From Octopus sinensis (Eukaryota), in assembly GCF_006345805.1 (NCBI RefSeq), contig NC_043015.1:124001-188000 (forward strand): a stretch of 64,000 bases of DNA. The letters are read 5' to 3'. Within the stretch, counting starts at the first letter, position 1. Every line of letters begins with the position of its first letter. The translations under genes and the position numbers were made by a program. Below, piece after piece: positions 1 to 14,105 of the stretch. The notes below the pieces were generated by a model, which made no database searches, was not told the origin of the DNA, and saw nothing but the letters and a program-made list of their open reading frames with translations.

Positions 1-670
1 TGTGTAGGATGTATGCATATACAAACATGTTTACATACACACACACACAGATAGATGTGTGTGTGTGTATTACATTCTAAACTATGTCCTTAAGCAACTT
101 CCTTCCAATATCTTCTTTTTACCGTCTTCCATTTTTTTCTTCATCTTTTTATTTACTTTTGTTATATTTATATTATTTATCTATTAACTATTTGGTTGTT
201 TTTTTGTTTGTTTTTTTTTTTACTCTTTCTGCACTGCTTTCTCCTTTCTTTATTCTTCTTAGCATATTGTCTTGTGTTCGGTCCACCTTCAATCCATCTT
301 GTTTCACTCCAATGCACATTGAATAGTTGCTCTCAATATCTGTAAACTTCTTCGTATTTTTTACCTTTGCAGACGACGTTTAATTTTTTTTCTTTTTCTT
401 ATTTTGTTGTTTTATTACAAACGTTTCAATTTTTTTTGTTTGTTATTGTGGTTTTCGGATTGATTTTCTTTTTATTTTGTTAATTTTCTTTTCTGTGTTC
501 TTCGTAGTTGGTATTGTTAATGTTTCCATTATTTTTCCATGTATTTTGTATTTCGTATTTAGTATATATTGACATTTTCCCCAAATTTATAACTTTGGTT
601 GTTGCTCGGTTATACACAAACATTGTATGTATACACATTTATACATACATACGTATATATATATATATTC

Positions 671-870
671 GCCATGATTGATCGCTAGCCACTAAGCCTA
701 TATTTTTATTTTCTCTGCTTATTTCTGTGTTCCTTTCTGTCGAAGATCATAGGCTCGAAACGTAAAAGACATTCTTACTTCCCGAGCGTTAAACTAATAC
801 ATATGTTTGTTGTTTACATACCCGTCTTCGTCTTTTTTTTTGTTTGTTTTTTTTTGTAAATTCTCACTAA
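671..870 (+). repeat. Short interspersed repeat with a hammerhead-like motif (further copies at 8055-8150 +, 23430-23580 -, 24720-24870 +)
   Basis: Shared core GAAGAGCGTAGGCTCGAAACGTAAAAGAC (absent from the 8055 copy, which has only the tail) and tail TTCCCGAGCGTTAAACTAATACA...GTAAATTCTCACTATATA, ending in (TA)n. Confidence 0.7.
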
Positions 871-893
871 TATATATATATAATATATATATA

Positions 894-935
<42 letters not shown>

Positions 936-2227
936 CTATATATATATATACCTAAGAGAGATTGAGGGAGAGAGAGATACAAGAAACAAAAGTGAACAAA
1001 TGTGAATGTAATAAGGTCTTAAGAGAGTAAAAGAGAAAATAATATCGACGATACGTTTCTGGTGTATGTGTATTTAGGTAATATATATTTTTAAGGTATA
1101 AATATTATTCGAAGGAATTTCAGAGAGCACCAACTTGTGTTATGCACTCCAGTTGCTAATTACATAACCACACAAAATTATATGTGTGTGCTCGTGCGCG
1201 AGTATGTGTTCATGAGTGTTTATGGCATGTTTATGGTAAAGTTTTAATTTATTAAATTTCCCACCTAATTCATTGAGAGAAAATAAATATCCAAGCAAAA
1301 TTCTGCCAACGATGAAATAAGTAGAAGTTCAACTAATTTGAAGAAATAAATAAATTTTCTCTTGAATTTAAAAATCGATGGAGAAAACACAAATTGATAT
1401 GTCATTCGTATGTACAGATTGTTTTTGCCCTCTGTTGTGTTTCAGTAGTAGATAGCGTTCTTCCTTCGCACTTTCTAACAGGTATGCGCAAGACACCGTA
1501 TACTCAAGGAGTTTGCACATTCTTTGTGGAGAGTAGCTTGCAGAATATAAAGAAAAAGAAACTAAGAGAAACTAATTCAAAGGAAACAGCGACATGGATA
1601 AATCAATACCTGTTATATTGAACACCAAAGAGAAGCAGGTAATTAAATAAGGATAGAAATATTGAGGAGATCTACTGCGAACAAAAGCAAGCGATGACTT
1701 CATCAGTGGATGGCAACTAGAATGACTTAATCGTTAGTCGAGAGGCTTCATATTAACCAAAGCCGATGAAACATGACTGGTGACACCAAAAGTAATAAAA
1801 AGAAGCGAAAATATCGAGATCCTTTGAAAACCAATTCTAAGCATGGAAACGGAATCATGTCACACATCACCAGACACAAGCATATGTTTCTAGAATTCGC
1901 AGTAGCAAAACAACTGCTGTTATGCCTTCGTAATTGGATGGCAAAGAGGATGCTTAAACAGAATATTGTGCTTTATCTATCACATCAGTGAATTGTAGCG
2001 GTTTATACCTACGTATAAAGAACGGAGTCGAAAAGTCAAGAAATATGTTGTTGTACCATTGCCTATAAAAAAAATTACAAAATAGCTAGCTCTATTTCTT
2101 ATTTCATTATATATTTATAAAACTCTGTTTCTCTTTTTCTATATAAATTCGAGATATTTGTATTGTTACATTTATATTCATTCCTAATTTAGTTCCATAT
2201 AACGTCTTTCATTTACATTCTTAATTA

Positions 2228-2365
2228 CGAGGGTCAGGTGAAAAGTTCATAGGCTGGCCGAGATATTCATAAGAAATGTGACCAATAAGGTTTCTTTTAA
2301 AATATAGTCCCCCTGGCAGTCCACACATTCTTCCATCGGTATTACAGTGCTTGAACCCTAGTGGC
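2228..2365 (-). mobile_element. mariner 3'-end fragment with TIR
   Basis: TA followed by CGAGGGTCAGGTGAAAAGTTC (TIR-like). The minus strand reads a degenerate RWK.CV...GDYI mariner C-terminus. Confidence 0.55.
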
Positions 2366-2400
2366 GAAGAAACATTCATCATATTGGTCGAGACAGTTGT

Positions 2401-2560
2401 CAAGCAGTGGTTGTGTGGTAAGTAGCTTGCTTAACAACCACATGGTTCCAGGTTCAGTCCCACTGCGTGACACCTTGAGCAAGTATCTTCTATAATAGCC
2501 TCGAGCCGACCAAAGCCTTGTGAGTGGATTTGATAACGGAAACTGAAAGACGCCCGTCAT
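2401..2560 (+). mobile_element. tRNA-derived SINE, family A (head)
   Basis: A-box-like GTGGTAAGTAGC and B-box-like GGTTCAGTCC, then GGCAAGT...GACCAAAGCCTTGTGAGTGGATTTG shared with the 24885 and 48848 copies. Confidence 0.8.
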
Positions 2561-2599
2561 ATATATGCATACGAAAGAAAAAGATCAATAAATACTTGC

Positions 2600-3093
2600 C
2601 ATTACAATTTTAATCAACCAAATATGAACGCAGCAACAATGCATCTCCATCTTTCCTTTTTCAAAATACACACTTCCCAGAATTGAAGTGGTTTCATGGC
2701 AAAGAATTCATCATGGTATCTTTTTACGTTATCCAAGGAAATGAATTTTTTACCATTAAGACTATTCTGTAGAGACCTGAATAAGTGGAAATCCGAAGGA
2801 GCAATATCTGGTGAATATGGAGGGTGGGGTAACACATCCCAGTCAAGCTGCAGCAATTTTTGTTTGGTTCCCAAAGCATCAAGTGGCAAAAATGAACTTT
2901 CTTATCTTCCATTTTAAAGGGTTACGAAATTAGCACAGGTTATAGGAACATGAACCTTCTTCCAAGAAAAGATAGCTTAAACTGTGCTCTAAATGGAGAT
3001 GTATTCAAATCCCTTTTCTTAACTCAACCATGTTTTACAATAAGCCGAAAGGTAAGCTACTATAAATCGGCACGAACTTTCCGAACAACCCAA
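2600..3093 (-). mobile_element. Internally deleted mariner element
   Basis: Minus ORF has LPHPPYSPDIAPSDFHLFRSLQNSLNGKKF (mariner YSPDLAP motif) and an MEDKKVHFCHLML N-terminus. The 5' TIR TTGGGTTGTTCGGAAAGTTCGTGCCGATTT at 3064-3093 is followed by TA. Confidence 0.85.
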
Positions 3094-3205
3094 TATAAGT
3101 CACATAGCACTACGTCTGCATGTAAGAGCTACACACACACACACACACACATAAATTACCTGGCTTATGTGTGTGTGTGTGTGCATGAATATAGTGTAAC
3201 GTGAG

Positions 3206-3241
<36 letters not shown>

Positions 3242-3912
3242 GAGAGAGAGAGGAATACATCGACATATATATGAGTAAATACATTATTCACGAACACAAA
3301 ACACGTACACACATATGCTGTGATAAGGAATTACAACAGATAATACACATAACGCACGCAAGAACCATAGACACACACACATACACACACAAACACACAC
3401 ACACACACACATGCATACATACATCACCACACCTTATACGCGCACACTTTTGAACACAAGTACAGCTATACGCAAAGTACTTTATAGCATGCGGGACATC
3501 GATTAAAGAAAAAGTTTTCATTTAACACTGTCTTACTGACAACTCGATGAATTATTCACCATCTAAAAAGTGATGGAAATGTCAACAGTATTTTGACTTT
3601 TACCAATTATTTATCTATTCCAACACACATATTTAATCATATACGTACGCATATATACACAGCATAGAGGCTCGCTCATCAGATCCCCCATTTGCACACA
3701 CGCATTCGTTCACATTTAATATTCACTGTTGTTATCTACAGCATTACTGTCGATATTCTTGTATAACCTAACGTCTCGGACACTATAGTTATTTGTTTCT
3801 GTTTATGCATCTATGAAGGTATGTATGTATTATGTATGTATGTATGTATGTATGTATGTATGTATGTATGTATGTATGCATGCATGTATGTATGTACGTG
3901 TATGTATGTGTA

Positions 3913-3966
<54 letters not shown>

Positions 3967-3979
3967 CTTATCTATCTAC

Positions 3980-5300
3980 GCGTCCCGATGGTCAGGCGAT
4001 CCATTTGCTGTCAACACCCGTTAAAAGGAGGGCTGGGCATGCCGTGGTTGATGATGCGCAGACACGCGCTGAGACTGCGACATCTCCGGCTCTATGTAGA
4101 CGACGGTGAACAGGTGTGGTCGCCGTTTGTGAGGCACGCATTCCCGCAACTCGTCTCCATGACCGAACTACAGTCGTGGATCAAAAAGGCCGAGAAGGGC
4201 GAATGCCACCGCGAGTGTCGCGTTGCTCTCAAGCAACTCTGCCGTCCCGGGTCGACCTTGAGTGACTTCAACACAACCAAAGCATTCTATAGGGGATTAG
4301 TGGAGGGGAGGTACGCGCGACGAGCTCGAGGCAAACCTGGGCGTCGACGAGGAATACCTGACCCGCTGTTTCAAACGACTTTCGGCCCGGGACCTATGGA
4401 CAACTTCCAGAGATCCCTGGCCTGGCGATGCTACCGAGAAGCGCGACCCGTTCGGGATAAGCTCTATAGGCATGGCTCGAGAAACACGGGGCCGACCTGC
4501 CCGAGATGCGGGCAGAGCGACGAAACCGCTCTGCACGCAATCGTGCAGTGTCCAACAATTTCCCACCTGTGGGCTTATGTCGAACGACTGCTGTCACGTG
4601 TGGGACGTGTCGGTTTATCAGCCGAGTCTATAGTTAATATCGTCACGCCTCCTTCCTTCAAACGGGAAGGAAGAGCTATTTTTATCATACTTGTGGCTAT
4701 GGCGAAAGAATGTATCTGGTGGACGCGTCTGAAAGGATTAGAGACAAACACTTTCCTCTCTGGTCAATCTCTCATCAACTTCTTCAAGTATCACTTGAAG
4801 AAAAAAGTGAGAGTAGAGAGGCAAGTTTTGTCTAGTGAATGTTTTAAAAAAAGATGGGTGAATGTAGCAAGGATGGCACGTATGAATGACGAAGCCACCT
4901 TGACTATGATTCTATGAACCGTAAAAAATTAATACAGAGAGTTGCTTATTTGCAAAAAAAAAAAAAAGAATATAACATGTGACTTCATTGACCGAGGTTA
5001 CCGTGGTCTTTTCCGTAGGCTTTTCTTTCCACGGGTAAACCTCACCTGTCCTCCCTTTACACTTCATATTGACATTTCTGTGATAACGATCCCTTGATCA
5101 ATTTTTTTTCCTCTCCCCCTTTTTTTTAACCCCCCCTTTTTTTGTCCTCTTTCTCTCCTTTTACGATCCTTTGATCGACCCCCCTTTTTATTTTATTTTA
5201 TTTTTATTTTAATATTTTTTTTTTTAAACTTCAAAGAAAAGCTTACCTTGTAATTGTTCTATCGTGTGCAGCCCTGTGTGGCTAATAAAGAAACATATCT
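3980..5300 (+). mobile_element. 5'-truncated copy of the same Tx1-like LINE (ORF2 C-terminus to 4917 + 3' UTR)
   Basis: Near-identical to 53328-54650 (VPMVRRSICCQHPLKGGLGMP..., CPRCGQSDETALHAIVQC). Flanked on both sides by (TATC)n. The N-terminus of the 361-aa ORF is microsatellite read-through. Confidence 0.93.
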
Positions 5301-5619
5301 ATCTACCTATCTATCTATCTATCTATCTATCTATATCTATCTCTATCTATCTATCTCTATCTCTCTATCTATCTATCTATCTGTCTGTCTGTCTGTCTGC
5401 CTATCTATCAATATATCTATCTGTAAATCTATAAACATATGTATAAACATCAATAGATACATATAAGTATATGTACTCATGTATATATATTTCTGTGTCT
5501 ATGTGAGTGTGTGTATATGTAAATATGTATGTACATATATAAATATATATATATGTGCATATGTATATATATATTTATTTATTTATTTATTTATTCATAC
5601 ACGCACACACACACACACA

Positions 5620-5658
<39 letters not shown>

Positions 5659-7870
5659 ATTTCTCTTTCTTGATTTCTTATTCCTTCTTGTCTATTCTCC
5701 TTTAGATTATTATACTTGAGCGTCTCTTCTACGTGTTCACACCAGTAACCAGCAACAGAAATATCACGAAATATCTATAAAAAGAAATAAGCAAGAATTG
5801 CAGAACAGTTTTGGAAAACACACCACTGCAGTCATCAGCGTCATTGCCACCACCAGTAGGACTCCTGGTGATGTCACCATCTAAGCTACTACTACCAGCG
5901 CCATCTATCAACATCATATTCAACATCATCATCATCATATACGTCGTTTTTTCTTTAACCTCCGCCATCCATTTTCATCCATTGATATGTTTGTCGTTAC
6001 GTCACCAATCCTACCCCCAAGTACACACACACACACCACATAGACTCACACACACAAACACACGCACACGCAATCTCCGTGTTATGATGCACCAACGACC
6101 TATTCCCAACGTAACTTCCCAGAATTTAACATCAATATTACCAACAATTTCAACAGCTCCCGCACTGTCACACACACCCTCCCCCCCACCTCCCCCCCAC
6201 CATGATAAAATATTTTTAAAAAAAAGAAAAGATAAAACACATCACCACCACCACCACCACCACCACCAATGACAGCATTATCTCCACTATCACAACCAAC
6301 AGCACCACCTTCGCTATGACCATCACCATATCGTATTTAAATATTGTTGCAGCCTTCGAGCAACATTCGTCAGTTTTCAGCTAGGAATTTTTCTCGAAGT
6401 GTTTAAATCCATTTTATGTCATTTTTTAAAATTATTCTTGTACTTGTTCTTCATTCCTTAATATTTAGCTTGATGCAATATTCATTAAAAATCTTCATGA
6501 GTAAAACGAAAATTTAAAATTTTTATAAAATAAACGAAAATTTTAAAGAATATCTTTTAAACTTTTTTTTATTATTTTTTTAAAATTTGTTCATGGATGT
6601 GATGAGTGAATGTGTGTGTGGTTGTGTGTGTGGTTGTGTGTGTGGTTTTGTGTGTGCGTGCGTGAACAGAAAAATTATCTAACGATTCGTGCAAACTTTG
6701 ATGAATAGCCCACCCTGAAATATTTGATGGAATTTCATTTCCTCGGAGCACACTATCGAACGTCATTTTTGCCTCCTACTGAAGCTTTCCTGATGTAGAC
6801 AAGCACTAGCTTTTCTATGAGGCGCTGTGTTTCCTATTAAAGAGCAAGGCTTCATGTGTATGAAATTAAATCGACAAATATGATCTGACTACACCCACAG
6901 ATGAATCGGGTGACACACCAGAATAATATGTCAACTATGCCTTAACATTTGGTCAGCAGAATTTATGAAGTCAAGGACGAGCAAGAAAAGGCAAAAAGAG
7001 AAAAAATATATAGAAACGAAATATTAATATTGTCAGCGCCATATTTTTAAGACAACTGCAACAGGGTAAGTTAAAAACGGGAAAAGGTTAGAAGGAATTA
7101 CATCAGATCCAAGCAATATAGCTTAACGAAATTTGATGTACTCGAAAATAAATAAATATCTAGTATTCCTTCTTGCTCTTTGTGGTGTGTAATGGTTTAT
7201 CTAGCAGCGTGTTGCGAGAACAATATAATTAGCGATTATCTGTTGACTCTATACTTATAACATCAACATCAAATGACACAAGATGCTACCGAAAAGTCAT
7301 TTCATTCCCCCCCACCATTTTTTTTTTTTTGCTTTTCATTTTCTTTTATTTATCTAATATTCATTGGCGCAAATTATTCGGAACGGCAGTCTGTCATAAC
7401 CTGGTGATTAATTACATGGCGTGATTAATTAATCATGACCACTACGTGAGCAGATTAATGATGTAGGTTCAAAAGATAATGGCGGACGGCAACGACTAAT
7501 AAACTATAGGTGAGCTAAATAATCTTCCGTAATCCACGGATTATTCCCGACAATTATGTGATATGCAGCAATATAGGACAACGTGTTCAACGAAGCGGCA
7601 ACAAACAGCTAGGGGCGAATTTTGAACACGGGATACAGAGAGACGTAATAAAAGAAGCCATTAATTATGAAATATCATCGAACTAATGCAAACAAGACAA
7701 AACACACACATTCACACACACATGCACCTAAATATATCTTCTCTGACCGTTTCTATTTTCCTTTCTGACGAAGACCGATGGTCAGAAACCTCTTTTTTCA
7801 CCTTTATTAATACATTCTCGTCGCCCTGTTTTGATATCGTTATCTTTAATATCCCATTATTTGATTTTAC

Positions 7871-7926
<56 letters not shown>

Positions 7927-8192
7927 GATTTGATGAATTGCATGGGGAATTCTATCTCTAAATGACATATATTTCCTTATCGAGAATAATTCAATTTATC
8001 TGAATCCCTGTGACGCTGGAATTTTTTTCCCTAATTAATATATATATATATATATAATTTTCACACTTCCCGAGCGTAAACTAATACAATGTTGGTTGTT
8101 TACCGACCCGTTCTTCATCTTTCGTGTTTTTTGTAAATTCTCACTATATATATAGTTATATATGTACACATATACCACACATGTATATATGC

Positions 8193-8234
<42 letters not shown>

Positions 8235-8364
8235 ATATTATATATATATATATATATATTATATATATTTAAATATTGGTGCCTTGTTGTACCATTTATC
8301 TACTTTTATATATATATATCTATATCTACGTATGTATATAAGCATGTATGTATATAAGTATGTT

Positions 8365-8405
<41 letters not shown>

Positions 8406-8975
8406 AGTGCGAGAGAGAGAAAGGGAGATTTAATTAAAGAGATCAATTCAAATCTCAAGGGACATATATGGTAAACTCGCAACACTTGATGGCTAGACAG
8501 TATAACAGAAATCAACAGTTGAACATTCCATTCATTAGTGAACACTTCTTCAATAAAAGGAATTTCACTGCTATTCTGTATTCCGCAAATCTAAAATATC
8601 CAAATTCGAGAACTATAGCTGTGACGTAATACTATAAAGCAAACGAACAGATTATATGATATCGCTAGAATAAGAGATTTCATTGGGAGATTTCATAGCT
8701 ACGTAACAATGTACGTTCAGTTATGTAAGGAGTGCATTATCTATAATATCATGTAATATATTACAATAATCTCCTAAATCGTCGGACTAAGCACATGCAC
8801 GTTAATAGCCGATGTCCTGGCAGATCAGGAAATCAGGAAACATACACACACGCACAAACACACAAACACACAGAAACACAGAGCCATAAATATGTGTGTA
8901 TATGCATTTACATACTTACATACACACAGACAGACAGACAGACAGACATATATATATATATATATGTATACATAA

Positions 8976-9022
<47 letters not shown>

Positions 9023-9166
9023 AGTAGTTGAATGAATTATCCTAGTATGGATAATTCGGTTAACCGATACCCGGGTAGCAAATACACGTCAGAAAAACAC
9101 GGTTGAAGCTACATGCCAAGGGCAGAGATCACGTGCTTTCGTGTGGAAATTTGTGTGCTTTTTTTA

Positions 9167-9548
9167 ATACAAATAAATGAAAGAATGGAGTTGAACGACG
9201 ATTTAACAAAATTCCTTTATTCTCGACATATGTTTCGAAGACTGCATATTCCTAATTTCGATGGAATAAGGGATGCATTATGCCGCCTTCTCATCAGGAA
9301 AGACAAGGAACTTATGTCAGCATCATGATGAACAAAATCTTTTAGATGACTGCCCACACGGAGTACATAGCGATAATGAGTGTTTCTTTAAAATAAAAAT
9401 GATGCTGACATAAGTTCCTTGTCTTTCCTGATGAGAAGGCGGCATAATGCACCCCTTCCATCGAAATTAGGAATATGCAGTCTTCGAAACATGTCGAGAA
9501 TAAAGGAATTTTGTTAAATCGTCGTTCAACTCCATTCTTTCATTTATT

Positions 9549-9553
<5 letters not shown>
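9167..9553. repeat. Inverted repeat (arms ~155-160 bp, ~72-bp spacer) with a hammerhead motif in each arm
   Basis: 9167-9326 is the reverse complement of 9399-9553. Plus arm: CTTTC-CTGATGA(9428)-GAAGGC...GTCTTC-GAAA(9486)-CATG-TC-GAGAA. Confidence 0.85.
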
Positions 9554-9585
<32 letters not shown>

Positions 9586-10945
9586 ACATATAAGAGGGAT
9601 GACCACTACGTGGACATCCATATGCTAGATGTAGATCCGTATGGTCTTACCACAAAGAAAGGAATATTTCTTAAGAACATTCCTTTCTTAAGACCATAGT
9701 TACATAAAAATTTGGTTGCTTACATTACTAGTATGAACAAAATGAATCTTTCAAACACGAATATATATTCTTCCTGGTAAATCTTTATTTTAGTTTTCCG
9801 TGCTTGAGTTTCAGTTGCTGATGATAATGAAAGAAATAACTATATAGAGCTTACTAGCAGTACCTTCACATAAAGATTCGCACAACATATATACGCATAA
9901 AGACAATGAGAAACACGTCTTATCAAATATATCCAAAAATGTCTGAAGTTTAAAGCGGGATAATGTTAATGGTTATAAAACCGTTTCGTTCATCATATCC
10001 CAGTCATCATCTTACCTTAACTCATCCATCAGATCGCAGGATCTCGGACATAAGTTTTTATTAGAACTTTTGCAATTTTGAAGAACATTCATATTGGTAA
10101 ATTTTTGCAGATATTTCCATCGCTGTTTACCGAGGAATTTTCAGCTACCAAAGATTCAAAGAATTTGCTACCCCAAAAATGCTACATTATAACCATAGAG
10201 AGAGTTACTTTAAACTAAGCATTCATTTATATAGCTATCAGGACAAAAATTGCTTGAAAGCGGTATATACACATAATAATAGTTTCATAATTTGGCAGAA
10301 GACCTACAATTTCGAAGGAGGGAATAAACCGATTATATCGACCCCAGTGCTCAAAGGATGAAAGGTGAAGTCGATCGCGACAGAATTTGAACTGCGAGCG
10401 TAAAGATGAATGAAATACCGCTAAGCGTTTTGTCCGGTACGGTAATGATTCAGCCAGCTCGCCGCCTCATATGCACCTAATGATGTAGACATAAAAATAT
10501 CGTAAGAATACGCAAGGTTTGTTGAAAATATCCAGTACATTTATACGTGAAACCTCATCTGAATGCATTCTCAAGAAATCATGAGGGGCGATGGAGTTGT
10601 CCAACGATCATATGCAAAAATAAGGCTCTGTTTCATAAATTGAGTACTAGTAATGAAACAGTAAAATTCGCAAACATACTCTCGACGAAAGACTATCGAA
10701 CGTACTTAGGTTTGAACTTTCTTAAACTTACAGGTACGTGAGCAGTTTTGTTTGGTTTTTCTTCACAAGCATACATGGACTATCGTCCCACCCAAGAATA
10801 GATTTTACAGAGACACAAATAAGTAGCAAACAAATATGGTTCACAAAGTTTAATTCACAATATTTAAGCACACACACAGGCACCACCCACACACACACTC
10901 AGACAATCACACACAACACTTACACACACACATATACACATATAT

Positions 10946-10980
<35 letters not shown>

Positions 10981-11586
10981 ACACACCACACACATTATAT
11001 ATATATATATATATTATATATATATATATAATATATGTATACACGATGTACAAATATAGACGCACACGTGTAGATATACATGTACATATATATTTACATA
11101 AATACCTATATAGAGCTATATACGTATATCACATGTCTAATATATATATATGCATATATATATATATACACACACAAATATATATATATATATAAACGTA
11201 AGGACGAGAAATGGCGTAAACAACATCACTTGCATACGCTAAAATATAGCGTCAGAAGGAAACAAACCTGTCTCCACAAACAGATATATATGAGTAATAC
11301 ATAACACATGTTCTATTCAGGCATAGCTGCCGGCTCCCATGTATTTCTCTGTATGGCCAAAAGGCAAGAATGAGTTATAATAGAAAAACACATTCTTACA
11401 TGTAAATATATGTATATGTATGCATATATGTGCATATGGAAATTTATATGCACATACACACACACATAAATACATACATACATATACATATATATTTACA
11501 TATATATATATATATATGTATGTAAATATATGTGTACATATATATGTATGTAAATATGTGTGTGTATATATATATATATATAAATG

Positions 11587-11650
<64 letters not shown>

Positions 11651-11684
11651 TATATATATGTATCAAAATATATATATGCTTATG

Positions 11685-11738
<54 letters not shown>

Positions 11739-11866
11739 GGCATACATACATGTGTGTGTTTAAATATATATTTTTTTATGTTCTATCTCCCACCTTTTCA
11801 GCTAACAACAACTTCTCTGCACCCACGGCATCATCATCGCATCGTATTTATAATTATCAGTAGAAA

Positions 11867-11920
<54 letters not shown>

Positions 11921-12499
11921 AAAGAGGAGAGGAGTGGTGGTTGTGGTGATAGTGGTAGTGGTGTTGATGCTACGCATCTGCATTTGTTTCTACTGCTGTT
12001 GTTGTTGTTGTTGTCGTCATCGTTGTTGTGGCATGGAACCAAACCAACAACAAAAACTCAAAAATATGAAGAAATAAAGCAAAATAATGCAAATTATCAC
12101 AAATAGCAACACGAACAACAACAACGACAACAAAAGCAAAAAACAACACCAGCCAAATATTTCATTAAAAACATGTCAACACCTCTCTTCGTTATAACTC
12201 CACCACCACCACAACCACCACCCACCCAAAAGATAAAAAAGGAAGAAGGCCAAGAACAAAAGTAACATTAAAGAAAAACTGAACTGCTACATAGCAGACA
12301 TAATTCTAAGGAGCTCTTTACTATTAAGCTATCAAAAACATGTCCACATATAAAGAATTTTTATATGAATTTATGTGTGTGTGTGTTTACATGTTTATAT
12401 ATATGCGTGTGTCTGTCTGTGTGTGTATATGTATGTGTATCTCTCTCTCTCTCTGTCTCAGTATATATATGTGTGTATGTATATATAATAAAATATATC

Positions 12500-12723
12500 A
12501 ATGCGCCCGTTTAAAGCCTAGCCAGGCTCATGGGCCCGGTTTCCCAGTTTCTATGGCGTATATGTTCCCCAATTTTGTGTTACTCAATTTTGCCAGCTGA
12601 GTGGACTGGAGCAACGTGAAATGAAGTGTTTTGCTCAAGAACACAACGCGTCACCCGGTCCAGGAATCGAAACCACAATCTCACGATCATGATGCTGACA
12701 TCCTAACCACTCAGCCATGAGCC

Positions 12724-12725
<2 letters not shown>
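12500..12725 (-). mobile_element. tRNA-derived SINE, family C (related diverged copies at ~27560-27795 and ~49640-49855, minus strand)
   Basis: Reverse complement reads GGCTGAGTGGTTAGGATG...GGTTTCGATTCCTGGACCGGG...TTGAGCAAAACACTTCATTTCAC. Confidence 0.75.
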
Positions 12726-12763
<38 letters not shown>

Positions 12764-12777
12764 TATATATATATATA

Positions 12778-12834
<57 letters not shown>

Positions 12835-13587
12835 GTTATATATAAATATATTATATATCAATTCAATACACATACCGAAAGAGCTACTGATAGTTTCATG
12901 CTTTTGTGATACTTAACAGGCATAGTTTTAAAATACGCTATGTATCTCCAAGCAAGCATTCAGGCTCTGTCTATGCGCAGGGCAATGAGAAAAACGAGAA
13001 GAAAAACGAGAAGAATGTTGCTGTAAAGAATCTAACGAGTAAAAAAAAAACTAAAGTAAGAACACCAAGAACACCTGATTATTGCAGAAATCAAAATTAA
13101 TGCGTTTCGTGTAGAACATTAAAACAGAAATATATCTGAATCTGCGTGACAGCAACTCCCTCCGGAGCGGGCGGTGTTCTTACGTTCGACAACAGAAACT
13201 TATACATCTGTTTGCACTCGCTAATAATTTCATATCTACAATTAAGCATTGAGCTGGAATTCGATCTAAGAAGTATATGAAGTTGTTCTGCTACGCGTTT
13301 GTTGCATTTCTTAGAGCCATTAACTATGGCTTGGATTTCTCTTCGATTTTTCGCTCGACTGTAAGTTTATGCGGAGTTGGTCTTTACACTCGATACGTGG
13401 CTAGATAACTTAGTTACATTACTTTTGACGATGTGCTAGAAAGAAGGTAATTGGCACGCATAACGGTTTTGAAATTGTCTTCACATAACCCAATGAAATA
13501 ATTCTTTTCAATTAAATTATCTTGAATCGTTGTGGGTACTTATTTTGTTGACCACAAAACCATGAAAGGCAAAGAATATATTATATA

Positions 13588-14105
13588 TCGTAAATCCTCG
13601 AGTATAGTCCGCCCTTAAGTATAATACGCAGGAGATTTTTAGTGGGGCGTACCTTTGAAAAGCCTAAATCTTGTGTATAATACGCACCCCTCCTCTAACT
13701 TAAGCCGTGCGTAATTAAGCCAATAGCACCTAGTCGAACAAACACTACCGCACATGCGTAATACAATAATTGTAACGTTCTTAACTGTTATATGGGAATG
13801 TAAATATGTTTGCAAATTGCTTTTGTTACATGTTATTCTGTGTTCTGAATACTTTTATTTTAATAAATGTTGCTTACTGCAAGTTATGGATGATTCTTTT
13901 ATGACTTCATTGCTTTCAGGCTTAAGGAATTTTCGCGCCCGACATCACAAAATGTGTCTAAACAAACATTGCCGGACAGCAAATAGAGAATCGGACATTG
14001 CTTAGAAAATATTTTTCATTTTTAACCTCGTATACAGTACGCACTAGGGATTATGACCTTTAAATATTGGAGAAAAAAATGCGGATTATTCTCGAGGATT
14101 TACGA
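13588..14105. mobile_element. Tc1/mariner-superfamily (pogo-like) MITE, 518 bp
   Basis: TIR TCGTAAATCCTCGAG / CTCGAGGATTTACGA with TA at 13586-87 and 14106-07. The pogo assignment is inference. Confidence 0.75.

Noticed and set aside
1446-1481. Possible 36-nt micro-exon (TTTCAG/.../GTATGC)
   Set aside because: Splice-like motifs alone are not enough; there are no partner exons or homology.
5729-6330. 153-aa ORF ending in poly-Pro/His
   Set aside because: Low-complexity (CAC/CAT/CA)n sequence with no recognisable domain.
7400-7445. Clustered TAATTA / GATTAATTAATC homeodomain-like sites
   Set aside because: Expected by chance in AT-rich DNA and cannot be supported without conservation data.
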